Shown here: piece by piece, positions 39,738 through 53,289 of the stretch | Layout: each line of letters starts with the position of its first letter | How positions within the stretch are numbered: the first letter of the stretch is position 1 | Assembly: GCA_047967505.1 (NCBI GenBank) | Contig: CM106538.1 | Reading direction: 5' to 3' (one strand) | DNA: 64,000 bases | Source of the DNA: Dipteris shenzhenensis | Taxonomy: Eukaryota | Notes under the pieces: model-generated | Seen by the model: the letters and a program-made list of their open reading frames with translations, nothing else | What the model was told of the DNA's origin: nothing | The model's database searches: none | Translations under genes and position numbers: made by a program

Positions 39738-42700
39738 ATGGCTGGGAACAATCAAGATTTATTTGGAGTTCTTCGTGAACAAGATAAGTTGGATGGCACC
39801 AACTATCCGATGTGGTCTTATCTCATGAAATATATTCTTGTTGCAAAGCATTTGTGGAATATTGTTTCTGGGGCTGATCTGAGGCCAGCCAATGCTACAG
39901 TGGTCGCCTCTACTGCTGGTCCTTTTGCAGGGGGTACTACTCCTGATGCCTCTTCCTCTAGCACTCATGCTGTTGCTCTTCCAACTCAAGAACAGTCAAG
40001 ATGGGATGCAAGAGATGCAAATGCACATTCATGCATTGCTTTATTATGCAAGAGAATCATTATTCCACACATCCGGTCTTGCAGGACAGCAAAGGATGCT
40101 TGGGATAAATTGGCTTCTCTCTATCAGATTCGCAATGAAGCTCGTGTTGCATATTTGAGAAGGCAATTACAGGAAGTCAGTATGAATGAAGGTGAGTCTA
40201 TGGATGCATACCTGACAAAGGTCAGGGACCTCATGGAACAGCTTGCCAACATTGATGAGGTGGTGCCAAATTCACAGCTTGTCAGTACCACATTGAATGG
40301 ATTGCCAGATACATATCAAGGGTTTGCTACAACCCTTCGATTAGTGGCCATGGGTAATCCAGACCACTATTCTTTTGATCAGCTAGTGACTTTGCTTTTG
40401 CAGGAAGAGCAAAGTAGAGCTATTAGACAAGCCATTATTCCTGATCATGCATTTGCTTCACAGCAGACAGGAAGAGGCAAGGCTTCCAAGCCTAGGGGCA
40501 AGCCAAAATCTGCGCATAGCAGCTGCAATTCCTTCCATGCATCTAAAAATACAGCAGATAAGTCAAAGAAAAAAAGATGCAACTATTGTCGCAAGCCTGG
40601 ACATGACATTTCAGAATGCAGGAAGCGCATTGCTTCGGAGAAAAAGAAAGCAGGATTGACAGTTAATGCCTCTCATGCTATTGAATCCCATGAGCCAGAA
40701 GATGCTTCACATGCACATGCTCTTCAGGATGATTGGGCATGGGCTGTCCATTGCTCATTTGATCCCTCCAAAGCTGATGCATTCTTTACTGCTAATGATG
40801 CTTAGTCCTGGTACTTTGATAGTGGTGCTTCCAAGCATATCACATCTTGCAGACAGTTGTTTCATTCTTTAGCTGATGCACCTCGAGGGGGGACTGTCAC
40901 ATGTGCTAATAATGCTTCATATGCTGTAAAAGGAATTGGAGATGTGCAGCTCACATCCATTTCAAGCCATCCTGTTACTCTGACAAATGTTCTTTTTGTG
41001 CCTGGAATTGAAGTCAACTTGATTTCAATTTCAGCAATTGCCACTTCAGGTTTCAGAGTTATTTTTGATGGCTACAGATGCCTAGTTTATGATCTTCGTG
41101 ATGACAATGCCATAGTTCTCACTGGCACTTTGCAAAAGGGGCTTTATCACCTTGATCATCACTCAGCTGCACTTTCTATTTAAGCATTGGCTATTTCAGA
41201 TTCACAGCTTGCTCAAACTCATCTTTGGCATGAGAGAATGGGGCATCTCAATTATAGAGCTCTTGAAAAGCTACATTCACAGCAGATGGCAAATGATGTA
41301 CCTCAAACTCACACAGTTTCCAAACATGTGTGTGAGGGTTGTCTTTTGGGTAAGATACATCGATTTCCTTTTCACAAGAATTGTCCAAAACTCTCACAAA
41401 GGAAATTGCAGCTAGTGCACAGTGATGTCTGTGGCCCAATGAGGACAAATGCCATTGGAGGGTACAGATATTTCATGACTCTCATTGACGATTTCACAAG
41501 ATATTGCTGAATATATCCTTTAAAAGCCAAATCTGAAGTTTTCTTATGCTTTCAAAGGTGGCTGAATATGGTTGAGAATGAATCACGATGCAAGCTTGTC
41601 ACCCTCAACACAGATAGGAAGGGAGAGTATATGTCTAAGGAGTTTGATGCATTTCTGTCTTCACGCGGCATTATTCACTCATGTACTACTCCTTACACTC
41701 CTCAGCAGAATCCCGTTTCTGAAAGGAAAAACAGGTCCACAATGGAGATGGCCAGATGCATGCTTAAGGCCAAGTCTTTGCCTAATAAATTTTGGCTTGA
41801 TGCAATAATGTGTGCCAACTATGTGCTGAATAGATCACCTACACAGGCATTGAAGACTGTTACACCTTATGAAGCATGGAAATGCAGGAAGCCTTCACTT
41901 TCACACATGAGAGTTTTTGGGTCTCTTGCATATGTTCATGTACCATCTCAGCTGAGACATAAGCTTGATGACAAGGTAATCAAATGCATATTTATTGGTT
42001 ACAGCCAAGAGAGCAGAGGGTATCGGCTATATCAACCAAATACTGGGAAGATTATTGTCAGTAGAGATGTAATCTTTGCTGAACATTCAGCTTCTCCTCT
42101 TGTGGACTGCAAAGCAAAGCAAATGTTGACATGTTTGATGCCTTTGAATCTTGGTTACCTCTGCCATCATCAGAAGAGGATTTTGACCAGCAACATGAGC
42201 CTCCTGCACGCCCTCCACTAAGGAATAATCAGCCACAACCTCATGCTGATTTGCAGGTTTCTCTTCCGGCACAAAATGATCCCACTATTCATGATGCAGT
42301 CATTGAAGAAAGAGCTGTCAATAGACAGCAAAGGCAAGTTCCCAGATGGCTTCTTGATACATTGAGAGACAGCAAACAAGATCAGCCTTTTGCTGCCCGG
42401 ACAAGATCAGGGAATAGACAACATGGTCACTTTCTTGAGTTTGCACTCCTTGCTACAGCTTGCAATGAAGAGCCTCTATGCCATAAAGATGCTTTTGACA
42501 GCAAAGAGTGGATGGATGCAATGAGAGCTGAGTTACAATCTATTGCCAAAAATGACACATGGGAATTAGTAGATCTCCCTCCCGGCAAGCATGCCATTGG
42601 AACGCGGTGGGTCTACAAATTAAAAAGGAAATCTGATGGCAGCATAGATCGATATAAAGCCCGTCTTGATGCAAAAGGGTATGCCCAACAACAAGGCATT

Positions 42701-43991
42701 GACTTTGAGGAGAGATTTGCTCCCACATCCAGGATTACTACCATTAGATGTGTCATTGCCATTGCAACCCATCATCATTGGAAGTGCACCAGCTTGACAT
42801 CAAAACTGTGGGGATCTGCAGGAAGAAGTCTATGTCACACAACCTCCTGGCTTTGAGGTTGTTAATTCTGAAAATAAGGTATGCCGGCTTAGAAAAGCCC
42901 TTTATGGTTTGAAGCAGGCACCCAAGGCATGGTATGCCAAAATTCGTGCACACTTACTATCCCTTGGTTTTCAAAATAGTCCCACAGAACCCACTCTTTA
43001 TGTCTGTGGGAGTGGATCTGATTTTTTAGTGCTGATTTTATATGTGGATGATATGCTCATCACAGGCCCAGATACTCAGCAAATTGCAGCTTGCAAGGCT
43101 GATTTGCAGCAGATTTTTGACATGTCAGACATGGGACGGCTCCATTATTATTTGGGCATTCAGTTTGCTCATGTTGAGGGGGGTATCATGATGTCTTAGT
43201 CCAAGTATATTGGACAGCTCCTTGATCGTTTTCAGTTTGAGGATTGCAAGCCAATCTCTACTCCAGTGGACCCTGGCTTCAAATTCTCAGCTCATGATGG
43301 GAGCCCACCATGCGATATCACTCTTTATCAGCAGGCTGTTGGATGCCTTATTTATTTATGTCACCCCAGACCTGACTTGCAGTATGCAGTATCTCAGCTC
43401 AGCAGATTCATGCACATGCCCAGTTCACAGCATTGGTAGGCAGTGAAGAGAGTCTTCAGATATCTCAGAGGCACTCAGGATTTAGCCCTTTTCTATGGTG
43501 ATCAGGGTTCACTTACCATGCATGCTTACACGGATAGTGACTGGGCAGGATGTTCCGACACCAGAGTATCACATACTGGCAATTGTTTTTTGCTTGGCAA
43601 TTCATGTATCTCTTGGCTCTGCAAGAAGCAACCAACAGTTGCCACGTCTAGCTATGAGGCTGAGTATAGGGCAGCTTTCACCGCTACAGTAGAGTGTGTT
43701 TGGCTTCGACAGTTACTTACAGATCTTGGTATTCGCCAGACAACCTCCACTATTGTCTACATTGACAGCCAGAGTGCTTTGGCCATTGCGCGTAACCCAG
43801 TGTTTCATGCGCGTACCAAGCATATTGAAGTTCACTATCATTATGTTCAGGAGCGGTTGTCAGCAGAAGACATAGAGTTGTCCTATCTTCCCACAGAGGA
43901 CAACATAGCAGATATGTTTACAAAGGCACTTCCTCGTCCCAAGTTCGAAGTCTTTCGACAGGCTTTATACTTGGTTCCCTTTGTTACATAA
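39738..43991 (+). pseudogene. gag-pol of Copia-2 (gag with CCHC knuckle, PR, INT, RT, RH), with several stops/frameshifts
   Basis: KLDGTNYPMWS, CNYCRKPGHDISEC, WYFDSGASKHIT, LWHERMGH...CEGC, LVHSDVCGPM, YKARLDAKGY, LYVDDMLI, YTDSDWAG, NIADMFTKAL. Confidence 0.95.
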
Positions 43992-44566
43992 TCTGACATC
44001 CCTTGTACATTCATAGGTGGCTATATCCTTTTGGATGAACATGTGCCACCATGACTAGAAAATACCAGGTATTCTGAGATGTTTCCAGAGTACTTCAGCC
44101 CATCCCATGGAGGGGGGTTTGTAGGCCATCCTCTGGTGGTTCTAGTGATGCCCTATAGGCCATGGTATGTGCCTTGTAGGCATAAATAAAGACACTTATA
44201 GTGTTAGTGTCTTTTAGGCCACATAGGACACTCAGTCCTATGTGACACCTAGGACACTTAGTCCTAGGTCTAGGTACTTGTACCTTGTACTCCTTTGTTT
44301 TTGGTTTAATCTAAGTTTGACGTGACGGATGTTCTTCTGCGACCCTTTGCTACCTGCACACTCTCTCTCATTCGACCCTTCACTCCTTTGCAATGTCACT
44401 TGGATAGGGAGGCATCATACTACATCTAAAAATGGCAGATTCTAACTTGATAATTAACAATGAATTGTCAACCTAAGAATCTATATGCCTTACCTTACAA
44501 TGACTCTTTACTGTGTCAAACGTGCCATAAGCACTTGAAAGTTTAGTCTTAATACACAGCATATGG

Positions 44567-44683
44567 TCAACCGGTATAGCTTTCATTTGCTCCCTGAGAC
44601 CAAGATTGTTCCAACTGACCAAGAGCTACCATGCCTGGTGGAACAAAAACAATGTCTCCCCAACCGAGTTCATCAACATGATC
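44567..44683 (-). CDS. TIC22: Tic22 terminal coding exon (DHVDELGWGDIVFVPPGMVALGQLEQSWSQGANESYTG*)
   Basis: W.D(I/V)VF(I/V)PPG is the Tic22 C-terminal motif. AG acceptor at 44685-44684, TGA at 44569-44567, phase-0 join with the previous exon. Confidence 0.88.
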   Translation of the reverse strand, partial: DHVDELGWGDIVFVPPGMVALGQLEQSWSQGANESYTG

Positions 44684-44774
44684 CTGATCACAATACCATG
44701 GTATTAGAGGAGAAACCTCCAATTCATTTCCTTCAATGTTTTGATAAAGACACAGAAAATCCAATAATTCTCAC

Positions 44775-44810
44775 CTCCATTTGTTTCAGAACTATTTCAA
44801 GGCTCCCAAC
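44775..44810 (-). CDS. TIC22: Tic22 penultimate coding exon (VGSLEIVLKQME)
   Basis: 36-bp exon with TATGCAG acceptor and GTGAGA donor; matches Tic22 VGSLEDVL.KME; 91-bp intron follows. Confidence 0.88.
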
Positions 44811-45366
44811 CTGCATAGAAACGAAATAATGTCAAAAAGCCTTATGTGCATCATCCGAAACTGAAGTTGAATCCTCAACTACAAGGACCAAGGTCAACTG
44901 CAGCTCAAGTGGTAAGGATACATGACATAAGAAGATCTCTTGTTCAAATTTTGCTTTGTGAACCTAACACGGGATGGTACTGACCCCTACGCATGACATA
45001 GTCGACCATGGCTACAACCATGGATGGTAAAACATCTCTTGGGCAAGGATCATCCCCTCACATGCAAATTCTGAGGAAAGGAAGAATGATCCTCAAGAAA
45101 GTTTTAGGTGCCATTTTGTTACAGGAGGGTAGGAGAAAGAAATGCACCATGAGGTTGTGAGCTGAAATTGGCCAGTGATTAAAGAGAATAGAACCCTCAC
45201 CCAGACCAAAAGGGTCATAAAAACCAGCTTTGCTAGCCCGCAGGGGCTGGGGGGGTGAAGAGGATCAAGAAATCATGTATAGAATTTATTGCGTTAAAAA
45301 GCTTCAAGAATCACAAGAAATGTTCATATTGACAGCAGAAAGTATAAAACAAAAACGGAAAACCAC

Positions 45367-45450
45367 CTGTATGTCAGTGTTTACTTGGAGTGATGGATTG
45401 ACTTTTTGCTGCTGTTTGGATGCTCTTTGAAGAGCCTGATCCATATCCTC
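45367..45450 (-). CDS. TIC22: Tic22 internal coding exon (EDMDQALQRASKQQQKVNPSLQVNTDIQ)
   Basis: 84-bp phase-0 exon with TTGCAG acceptor and GT donor; resembles Tic22-like EDLEKSL.RAS.QQ..LNP....DIQ. Confidence 0.85.
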
Positions 45451-46569
45451 CTGCAAGTTCAAAATAAATGATTACACAGATGGTATGAAGAATTGAAACT
45501 CTTTTTTTATACAGGGATCATTTTCCAAATAAACGGTTCTTAACTTCCTAATCCTTTACTATCATTTTGGGCCTTGGCACAAGAGGAGGTTATTTTCACT
45601 CCAACGGTTCTTGCATCACGCTTCTTTGCCTATTCCCGGTGACAGAGCTAACCTCTTCCATCCCCCTTCATCCTGCTTGTGTTATTCAAAATAACTTCAG
45701 GTTTTCACAGCAATTAAGAACTCTAGCTGGGTACGTCAAACCTCTATGCTCTAATTTCCTTTCTAAACTTTCAAGTAAAACTTATTAGAATAATATCAAA
45801 ATAATCTCTTCCATTCCCCTTCACCCTGCTTGTGTTATTAAAAATAACTTCAGGTTTTCACAGCAATTAAGAACTCTAACTGGGTATGTCGAACCTCGAT
45901 GCTCTAATTTCCCTTCTAAACTTTCAAGTAAAACTTATTAGAATAATATCAAAATCAATCTGTTGCTCTAATCCCAGTTGAAACTAGCAATTCTTGTAAC
46001 AAATGCAAACCTTACCCTTAGTTTTACAAAGCAAAAACGTTTATTTAGTCTCTTGTGCACGTGTGTATTCAACACTTATAGCATAAAACCTTGCTTAAGA
46101 ACCCCAGGTTTAGCATGAAAATTTACACAAATAGATAAATGCTTATGAAAACAGGGTATTTAGACTTTTATTGGAATCATCTGGAATTTGCTATAAATTA
46201 AAGTATTTTGGGATTGCACAGCCATCCTCATATACCAGGGAGATACCCCTTTTAAGGATACTCATCAGTTCAAAAAACTGCATAAGATCTTACATAATTT
46301 CCTTTGAGAATGAAATTTTGTCCCGCGAAATGGTCCAACTACATTGCAAATGAAGAAATTGGTAGGTTGTGAACATCACACTTTGTCATTGCTGAGATGT
46401 GCATGCACTTTGGCTACTGTTAGCATATATAGTCACCATGAAATGTCTCAAGATGATAAAACGTGTGCGTTTCCAAATTTTGCCTCTTCGCCCTCCTTTT
46501 CTAGAATTTGAAACCGCACTGCAAAGGAGGAAAATATAGGCATGGAAGTTTGCTATTTCACAACTCCCC

Positions 46570-47735
46570 AATCTTTAATTTACAACAAGAATGGAATCCC
46601 CAATTCACCACAAGAATGGCAGCATATCATGAGATGACCCCTTCATAAACTTGGGAGAAGATATAGGCAAGTACTCAAAAGACCGTGCAATCATCCTAGC
46701 TGGAGATTTCAATGCACAAACAGGATCAAGGCAGGCTATCATAACTGTAGAAGGGAAAGGCCCATTATGCATGGAATAGGTAGAGGAGGACAGTGAAAAA
46801 GAGCTGGAAGAATGCGCAGGAGAAACCACCCTTATGGGAAAACAGCTACTCACCCTATGTGGGTGTTTTGGACTTAAATATGCAATGGCACGCATTTTTC
46901 AATGACACAGGAGGCTACACGTGCAAAACCCCAGATGGATCAAGTGCAATTGACTACACGATTATAAGCCCCTTCGCAAGGCATATTATAAAGTACCTCA
47001 GGATTGATCAAGAAACATTGAAGTTTGACCACAGGGCCATGTCTCCCAGGATCGAAGGAACACGACTAGGTGCAGATAAACAGAAATACACAGCACCCCC
47101 ATGGTTGAGGATGGACTACAAAAGGGATCAATTATACGAGCAGAAAATAGAAAAAGCAATATCTCAGGTTGGCATGAAGAGGGAGTCAAGTGGATGGAGA
47201 GATGGGGGCTACATGCTGTAGATATCCCAGACGCAGAAAATGATACAGAAATTATGGCAAGACAAAAATGGAATGCTAACCCGATGGAGAAGTACAACAT
47301 GCAAGAATATGATATCTCAATCTAGAGGTAGAAAAGGGTAGATGGTCCAAACCACGCGTTCCCAAGAGGCAAGAATCTGTAAAATCTGACCAAAAGGAGA
47401 GAGAGAAAATGAAGAGCATGCACTCTCTCACTGCAGGGCATACATGCATATCAGGGAAAATTACAAGGTAAGGTATAACAGAAATGGCCTCAGCCTAACA
47501 GTCATTATGATCCCAACTGCCAAGCAACTAGGTGCATGCCTTAAGGAAACTCTGAGACACCACAATAAAACATGGAAATAGCTGATAAGTTGGCGAAGCA
47601 CATACTAATCCCTTGGGGTTACCAGAAAATGTATCAGGCAGATGTAAAAGAGTCACTATCCTTATGACATTGGCTTCTAGTCCCATAGACCTTGTAGAGT
47701 CTCAAGCGGACTTAAATAGAATCACATCATATCAA

Positions 47736-47790
<55 letters not shown>
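46570..47790 (+). mobile_element. Internally deleted RTE-X-like LINE (APE joined to C-terminal Cys/His region), ending at (CT)n 47741-47790
   Basis: IILAGDFNAQTG, YTCKTPDGSSAIDY, FDHRAM, then LEVEKGRWSKPRV...ENEEHALSHCRAYMHIRE. Confidence 0.7.
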
Positions 47791-47793
<3 letters not shown>

Positions 47794-48517
47794 ATACTAT
47801 GCATTGGAGGGCTGCCCAAGGATTGCATTGGCCTTTTCAATGAAGAAGAGGATTACATAGCAGACGAGAGGATTGCATGTCTCGAGAAGGAAATACCACA
47901 AGTAGATGCGATCATAATGATATTAGCTGTCTCTCCCATACAGGAATGCAAGTACAAGTGTTTTTCAAGGAGAGAGCCAGGAGAATTAAGATTCTTCGAC
48001 AAACAAACAAGTTGAAGGGCACAAGGATTTGGATCTCTGAGGAACTACTCTATTCACCTCCTACATACCTCGGCTTCACAACCAAAGAGCTCAGGATCAC
48101 GAGGGACTGTGGACTGAGCACTTTGCACAAGGGATGGAGGTCCTCGCCCCAGTCCTAGCGCAATTGTTCAACCAAGCTATATGTCACGGATTTCCCCCCG
48201 CTTGGAGCACTACCACTATTGTCCCGATACACATGTCAAGAGTGATGAAAAAGAGAGAGCAAGTGAGACAGAGTGCTGAACGTAAGTTGCAATAGATAAG
48301 ATTAACAACATACAAAGCAGGGAAAGGTTTTGTCTAAGTGACAAAACCTTATCCTTCACTAACCGTAGTTAGTGAACTAATTGGGGTTAGGGGGAAAAAC
48401 CTCTAAGGAGGGAAAAGTGCCCCTAACCTACTTATTACATTACATTGGTCACTGCCTAGAATATAATAATAATTCTAACACCCCCCTACAGTGCCAATGT
48501 CATGTACAAGGAAATGA

Positions 48518-51500
48518 TCAATCACCAAAAGGAGATAAGTTCAGGGCACTGCGAAATGCCTCAAACTTCTCACGTGGAAGTGCTTTGGTGAAGATGTTTG
48601 CAACATTGTCATGTGTTGACACATAGATCATACTTATCTCTCCTGCATGCAACTTCTCTCTAACATAGTGATAGTGAACCTCAATGTGCTTCATGCGAGC
48701 ATGAAACACATGATTCTTTGCCACTGCTATAGCACTCTGACTATCAGTGAGAATCAGAGAAGGACCCTCCAATGAAAGACGAAGATTAGCAAACAAACGA
48801 CGCAGCCAAACACATTCAACTGTCGCTGTGAAAGCTGCCCTGTACTCAGCTTCACATGAGGAGGTAGCCACTATAGATTGTTTCTTGCTCAACCAAGAAA
48901 TGCAAGCATGTCCTAGAAAGAAACAATTCCCACTAGTGGACTGCCTAGTATCATAGTCTCCAGCCCAATCTGAGTCACTGTAAGCATGCATCTGCAAGTC
49001 ACCCCCCCTGGGAAATATCAAGCCAAAAGACTTTGTACCTTGCAAGTAACGGAAGATGCGTTTTATAGCCTGCCAATATACCTGCTCACTTGAGAAACTG
49101 AAAACTGAATATTAGGTCATGTATTGCAGAGATAAATGAGGCATCTAATAGCCTGGCTATAGAGTGTGGCATCAACTGATTCACCTGCATCATGCATTGT
49201 AAGCTTCAGCCCCGGCTCCATGGGAGTGGACATAGGCTTGCAATCATGCATGTTGAATCTGTCCAAGAGCTTTTGAACATACTTGGACTGAGACATAACA
49301 ATGCCACGTTTCTCTTGAATAAATTGGATCCCCAAATAGAAATGTAACAAGCCCAAGTCTGACATCAAATGTAGCTTTCAATTGGACTTTGAAATCTGCA
49401 ATTACTTCCTCATTCGATCCGGTGAGCATCATGTCATCTACATAAAGAATGATGACCAAAATATCCCCCCCATCCTTCTTGATGTAGAGGGTGCTCTTAG
49501 TTGGACTATTGTGCAGCCCCTTGCTGGTTAGAAAGGCATCAATTTTTGCATACCATGCACGTGGGGCTTGTTTCAGCCCATACAAAGCTTTATTCAGCTT
49601 GCATACCTGATGTGCATTTCCTGAAATTTCAAAGCCCGGAGGTTGCTCGGCATAAACCTCTTCCAACAAGTCTCATAAAGGAAAGCTACTTTAATGTCCA
49701 GCTGATTAACATTCCATTCAAAATTTGCAGCCATTGCTATAACTAACCAGATGGTGGTCATCCTGGATGTAGGAGCAAAAGTCTCCTCATAATCTATGCC
49801 CTTTTTCTGAGCATATCCTTTTGCAACCAGCCTTGCCTTGTACTGATCAATGGACCCATCTGGCTTTCTTTTGACTTTGAAAACCCAACGTGTACCTATG
49901 GCATTCTTGCCTGGTGGCAAATCCACAACATTCCAAGTCTGATTTTTATGAATACACTGCAATTCATCGTGCATGACATTCATCCAATGCACATTATCCT
50001 TTGCTTCTTCAAATGTCTCAGGCTCCTCCTCATCAAGAAGAGTACCTGCATAAGCTGATTTAACAGAAAGAGCCCCGCCTGTGTGCCTTACTGCACTACG
50101 AGTTCTGCCAGGCAATGGAGCCTCAAGCTTACTCTCCCTGAGAGTCTGAAACAACAAATTCATACTGTTTTGGCTACGTGTATCTCTTGAATTTCTTGCC
50201 TGGCAACTTCATCCACACCCTGAGGTGGCCCTAAATCAGCCAGAGGTTGAATTTGGACATGTGGATCTGGAGGAAGTTGCTGTAAATTCTGAGTTTCAGG
50301 AGGGGAACCAAATGCTATAGGAAGCATCCCCTCAAACACATCATGTGAAGAAGCTAGAATCTGAAATTCAGCATGTGTATGTGCGGAATTTTCAGAGAAT
50401 ATAACATCTCTACTAACAAAAATCTTGCGTGTAGCAGGATTGTAGAGACGATAGCCTTTGCTTTGTGAACTATATCCCACAAAAATGCATTTGAGTGCTT
50501 TATTTGACAACTTGTGTCTAAACTCCACAGACACGTGGACATATGCAACACAACCAAAAACTCTGAAATGGTCCACTGAAGGCTTTCTCCCATGCCATGC
50601 CTCATAGGGAGTGATTGTCTTCAAAGCCTTTGTAGGAGCCCAATTCAAAATATAGTTGGCACACATGAGGCCTTCTAGCCAAAACCTGTGAGGCAACTTC
50701 TTACTTGTGAGCATGCATCTATCCATCTCCATGGCAGTGCGATTCCTCCGCTCAACTTTGTCATTCTGTTGAGGTGTAAGCCTCACTGTAAGCTGATGCA
50801 TGATGCCTTTCTCCTTCAAAAATGTCTCAAATTTATGAGACATATACTCCCCCCCTCGATCTGTTTGAAGTGTCTGCACCTTGTGTCCTGTCTCATTCTC
50901 AACCATAGCCACAAAGTGTTTGAAATGCATAAACACTTCTGATTTTACCTTGAGACCATAGACCCAAGTATAGTTGGTAAAGTCATCTATGAATGTAACA
51001 AAATAGAGATAACTCCCAACAACAGGTGTCCTCATGGGACCGCTGACATCACTGTGAATAAGCTGTAATTTCCGTGTAGCTTTCACTGCACCATCCTTCT
51101 TGAAAGGAAGTCTATGCATTTTGCCAAGAATGCAGCCTTCACATGCATGAGGAGGAGGCGACTCCAAAGGAGGCAATGCATCAACCATATCATGCCTCTG
51201 AAGTGTCATTAAGCTGCCATAGCTCATGTGCCCATACTTGGCATGCCATAACTCCGCATTATGCATCGTAGTAGTGGGAGTGCTAACTGATAATGCAAGA
51301 TCGGATCTTTTTTCATATAGATCAAGCTGAAAAAGACCCCGATACAAAGTGTCAGACAACATCAAAGCATAGTCATTCTCTTTGTCTCTGACTGCACACT
51401 TGTCATCATAAAAAACAACCTGAAATCCTCCTCTATTGAGTGAGGACACTAAAAGCAAATTCTTCTTTATCCCTGGCACATAGAGAACATCTGAAATTCT

Positions 51501-52725
51501 GAAATCAGTGCCATCAGTGGATGTGAGAATAATGTCTCCCACTCCACACACTGAATAAGAAGATTTATTCGCATGAGTTACCTTCTTTTTTGTGGGTGGA
51601 GGATGCAGAGATACAAACAGACTCTTCTTGAAAGTGATGTGCTTTGAAGCACCGCTGTCAAAATACCAAGTATGAAGTGTCTCATCGACACTAAGAGAGC
51701 ATGCATCCTTTGAAGGATCATAACTGCAAGTCAAGAAAGCATATGGGTCATCATCATTAGTGGCTGTAACATCTAAACTACCCGTTGAAAAATCTGAAGT
51801 GCAAGACAGAAAGGCATAGTGCTCTTCAACAAAGTTGGCCGCAACATCTCCCCCATCATAAGAATGTGGAATTGATGCATCTGACACAGCCATACCGGAA
51901 TCCCTTTTCTTCTCTTTGGCTATGCACTTCTTGGATTCTCCAATATAATGACCTGGCTTCTTGCAATAAATCACCCTTTGCCTTATAAGAAGGCTGTCCA
52001 GAATCAGCTTTATGCTGATGTGTGGGCTGATTGGCATGTGGCTTTTGCTGCCCTTTACCCTTGGGTTTGAACTTGGAGAGCATAGCATGCTCGCCAGCCC
52101 AGGTTGCCATATTTCTGTGAGTCTATTCCTCCTGCAACATAAGTCTTACCAACTCGTGAAAAGAGAGAGGATTGCTGCCCCCCCTCAATGCCAAATTCAG
52201 CGAGGTGTGGAAATTGAGATAGGACTCAGGAAGAGAGTTCCGAGTGGTGGTAATCATCTCTGAATCCAGAATGACTTCATCAATATTCAGCAATTGTTCC
52301 CTCAAGTCCTGAAGCTTTGTGAGGTGAGAATTCATGGAATCTCCCTCCTCCATATGCGTATGGGAAAGTTCTCGCTTCAGAAAGAAACCCTGGCATCATT
52401 TCTTGCTGCAAACATACTCTTTAGTATCTCCCAAGCTGCCATAGACTCTAGAGTCCCATCTTTTTTGCTCTGCTGTGGGAGCTCCTGGAGCGGCTGCTCC
52501 AACTACTTGTGCTACATTTGCACCTCTACCCCTACCTCCAGCTGTAGGAGTGACAGGTGTGGTCACTGTATCTAGTCTTGCTTCATCTCCACTGACATAA
52601 TCCCAAAGATGTCTACCAACCAAGATATTGCGAACCATGAAACTCCACAAGGAGTAGTTGGTGCCATCCAACTTATCCTCCTCTGTGAGAACCCCGAACA
52701 CCTCATTGGGGTTGTTCTGAGCCAT
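48518..52725 (-). pseudogene. gag-pol of Copia-3, frameshifted
   Basis: MAQNNPNEVFGVLTEEDKLDGTNYSLWS, WYFDSGASKHIT, LWHAKYGH...CEGC, LIHSDVSGPM, YKARLVAKGY, LYVDDMML, YSDSDWAG, NVANIFTKAL. Confidence 0.95.
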
Positions 52726-53289
52726 TTTCACCAGATAATCTCAAAAAAAAACAGTAAACTGACTAACTGAAATCCCTTCCTGAGATATAAAATGCACAAG
52801 TAAAATCTGCAAAGAAAAATCTGCCCACAGTGACAAATACTATCACAGCCTGTCAAAGGCTCAGAATGCACTTCGATTATCTTGCAAATACTCTCCAATG
52901 TCACTAATAAGTCCAAAACTGCCTGCAAAACTCCGAAAATGCTTTTACACTGCCAAATTGCATCCGAATTGCAAAAGCCCCAATTTCTTAACGGAAATTG
53001 CCTGCAAAAGAGGGCAAATTGCCTGAAAGTCCCGAAAATGCAAGAAATTGCAGTGCAAAACTAAAAGCCCCAAATTTTGAGCTGAAATTGAGCCAAATTT
53101 CCCAAATAGTAATTCTCTTGCAAAAGTCCCAATTTCTTGGCCAATCTTTGCAATTTGCTTGCAATGTGTGCCAAAAAATGCACACCTTGCAAATGATTCA
53201 GAAGTCCCAATTTCTCGGCAAATAGAGATATTTGCAAAAAACCAATGCCCTTTGCAATGCCCACACAACACAAAAACACCCACACGTGG

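Larger units (their letters stand above)
38136..44382 (+). mobile_element. Full-length Ty1/copia LTR retrotransposon (Copia-2)
   Basis: LTRs at 38136-38396 and 44120-44382 (TG...CA; about 7 substitutions and one 2-bp indel). TSD CTCCT at 38131-38135 and 44383-44387. PBS TGGTATCAGAGCC at 38398-38410, PPT GGAGGGGGG at 44109-44117. Confidence 0.97.
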
